Source: Stegostoma tigrinum (Eukaryota). Taken from it: a stretch of DNA of 64,000 bases. Below the pieces are notes generated by a model that did no database searches, was not told the DNA's origin, and was given only the letters and a program-made list of their open reading frames with translations. Where the stretch lies: NCBI RefSeq assembly GCF_030684315.1, contig NC_081358.1, positions 3,100,001-3,164,000 on the forward strand, written 5' to 3'. Every line of letters starts with the position of its first letter. Position 1 is the first letter of the stretch. A program made the position numbers and the translations under genes. Shown piece after piece: positions 62,095 to 64,000 of the stretch.

Positions 62095-64000
62095 CTGAGC
62101 TGAACAAAATGCAGGTTACAAGTCTGTGGATCATGCAGGAAGCAATTATAATAATGTGTAACAATAGCTCTTTTTATCACACATTAACCATTTTAACTGA
62201 AAATCAGTCATTTTCATAGCTCTCTGGGATATCATATATCTATTTGTATATAATTAAATTGGAGATCTTCCACCAAACGCATTAAAGCAATTGATTAAAC
62301 CAAATTATTGACATATCCATTTCAAGCCTACTTAAGCTATTAAAATATTTTCTCAAATGGTAGGAGGATGGGTCTTCGGATGGGTGAGATGCTCTTCGGA
62401 GGGTCGGTGTGGTCTTGATTGGCTGAATGGCTTGTTCCCACACTGAAGGGATTCTATGATCTTCGATAGCACATTATATATTCATATTTGGGTATCCTCA
62501 TGCCTAGATATTTAGTCTTGGAGGGTGAGGGAAGTGGGAAGAAATGGCTATAAACTATGTGTAACTTAAAGAAGAAGCCATGATTGTCTATTTGATAGGG
62601 GTGTTATCAATGAAATATAACTGACACTTATAACCAAAGGAAAATGATATAGACCCTTAGAACATCCTGGTCCTAACTGAAATCCACCTTCCTTCAATGG
62701 GCTGAAGAGGTGAGTCCAATTTATTCTGGATCAAAGATTCACCCACAATCCACATAGTGGCTCATGAAACATTAATCATTAGTTCTTAGTTCTGTGGCAG
62801 CCCACTCAATAGGTGAGGCGCTTAGGAAGGGGTAATGAGCAGGTGAAGACATCTGTCAATAGAGGATGTTCTTAAGGGATAGGAATCACGAGGCAGAAGC
62901 AATCTGCCTTCAAGTTCAGTTTCATCTTAGCTCAAATTCAAATATGCCACTTCGTTGCGTAAAATTCTGAAAATACAACAATGTCATTTCTGCATGAGCT
63001 GGCGAAAGGGTCATTCACAGCTGCAGCATGCCAGGAGATTTTTTAAGCAAATGGATTAATACCTTATTGTACATAGTAAATATTTACACAGCTCTTCAGG
63101 TAATTAAAATTGATTATAATGACTCATTGCATTAACATATAAATCTATTGTCATTATTGGAAATAAACATATTTAAAACTTAAGGGTTGCACATATCAAA
63201 AGATTGGAATACCTGCATTAATCCTTCTCATCTAATAGCATGTGCCAGATCATAAGAGCTTGCAGTGTTAAGGGTGTTGTTTAATATATTCCAATTGTCA
63301 CTGGCAGTGGAAATTGCATCCTGTTACGTGCACTGAACTTTGGGACTTTCTGCATTCTCAAAGTAGTTAATGGCAGAAGAAAACCACCCCTTAACTCCTT
63401 TCAAAACATTCTGTTTGGTTTTATTGTCAAGAATGGAAAAAACAATTTTGCCTAATCGGTTTCTAGTTTCTGCTAAATAAAAATGATTTTTAAAAATTTC
63501 CTTCAATAAACTTGCATCACAGAAAGTAACAACTGCAAGCTGAGATGTGCATCAGTATTCAGGAACATAAACACAACACTGTCAGTCATCTGCACAACTG
63601 TGTAATTCTCCCTCTATGCATCTCAAATACATAGCTGTACAAACAGGCATAAATCTATAAAAATTGAATGTTCAGGAGCACTTCATAATTTATGATGGTT
63701 TGTTGCATTTGGCCTATTTCATTCAAAATAATGAAAGACCAAACCAAAATAATATAGAATTTTAGTGCAACATAATGCTTACAGTGAATAGTACTGATCA
63801 CATCAGTCAGGTAACCTGATCACACATATTGGTGATCCTTGAATATTATTTCAGTAGAATTATTAATTGCTGAAAATGATTAGGTTGAAGCCTAAAACGA
63901 GCTATTTTGAAAAATGTGCAGCAGCTGATTCTGGAATTGAAATTAGTTCAGCGATGGCAGGATCCTGAAGCCATTTCAGAGCTGGCATAAGGCAGTAAAG

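Noticed and set aside
1-64000. CRISPR arrays, rRNA or genuine tRNA genes
   Set aside because: Eukaryotic DNA; repeats are dispersed retroelement ends and the tRNA-like boxes belong to SINE heads

Overview
Vertebrate genomic DNA, almost certainly from a shark. The basis is the V-SINE/DeuSINE, CR1 and Penelope repeat content plus the TCR sequence style; the species cannot be fixed from sequence alone. Bases ~1100-40630 hold a compact T-cell receptor gamma (TRG) translocon on the + strand. It has four leader+V segments with 23-type RSS, four J segments with 12-RSS, no D segment, and one three-exon C gene (Ig C1 domain, connecting peptide, TM/cytoplasmic) with a polyA signal. V3 carries a 1-nt frameshift in FR1, and V4 is atypical (ends YYCAA, short FR2). 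The rest is repeat-rich: a near full-length decayed CR1 LINE, many CR1 fragments, Penelope-like elements whose terminal repeats carry minimal hammerhead-ribozyme cores, hAT and Harbinger transposon fossils, SINEs and several inverted repeats, including a near-perfect 94-bp palindrome in C intron 1. Downstream of TRGC are candidate regulatory regions and minus-strand coding-like remnants of an unidentified, apparently decayed gene. Repeat boundaries are approximate (read by eye).
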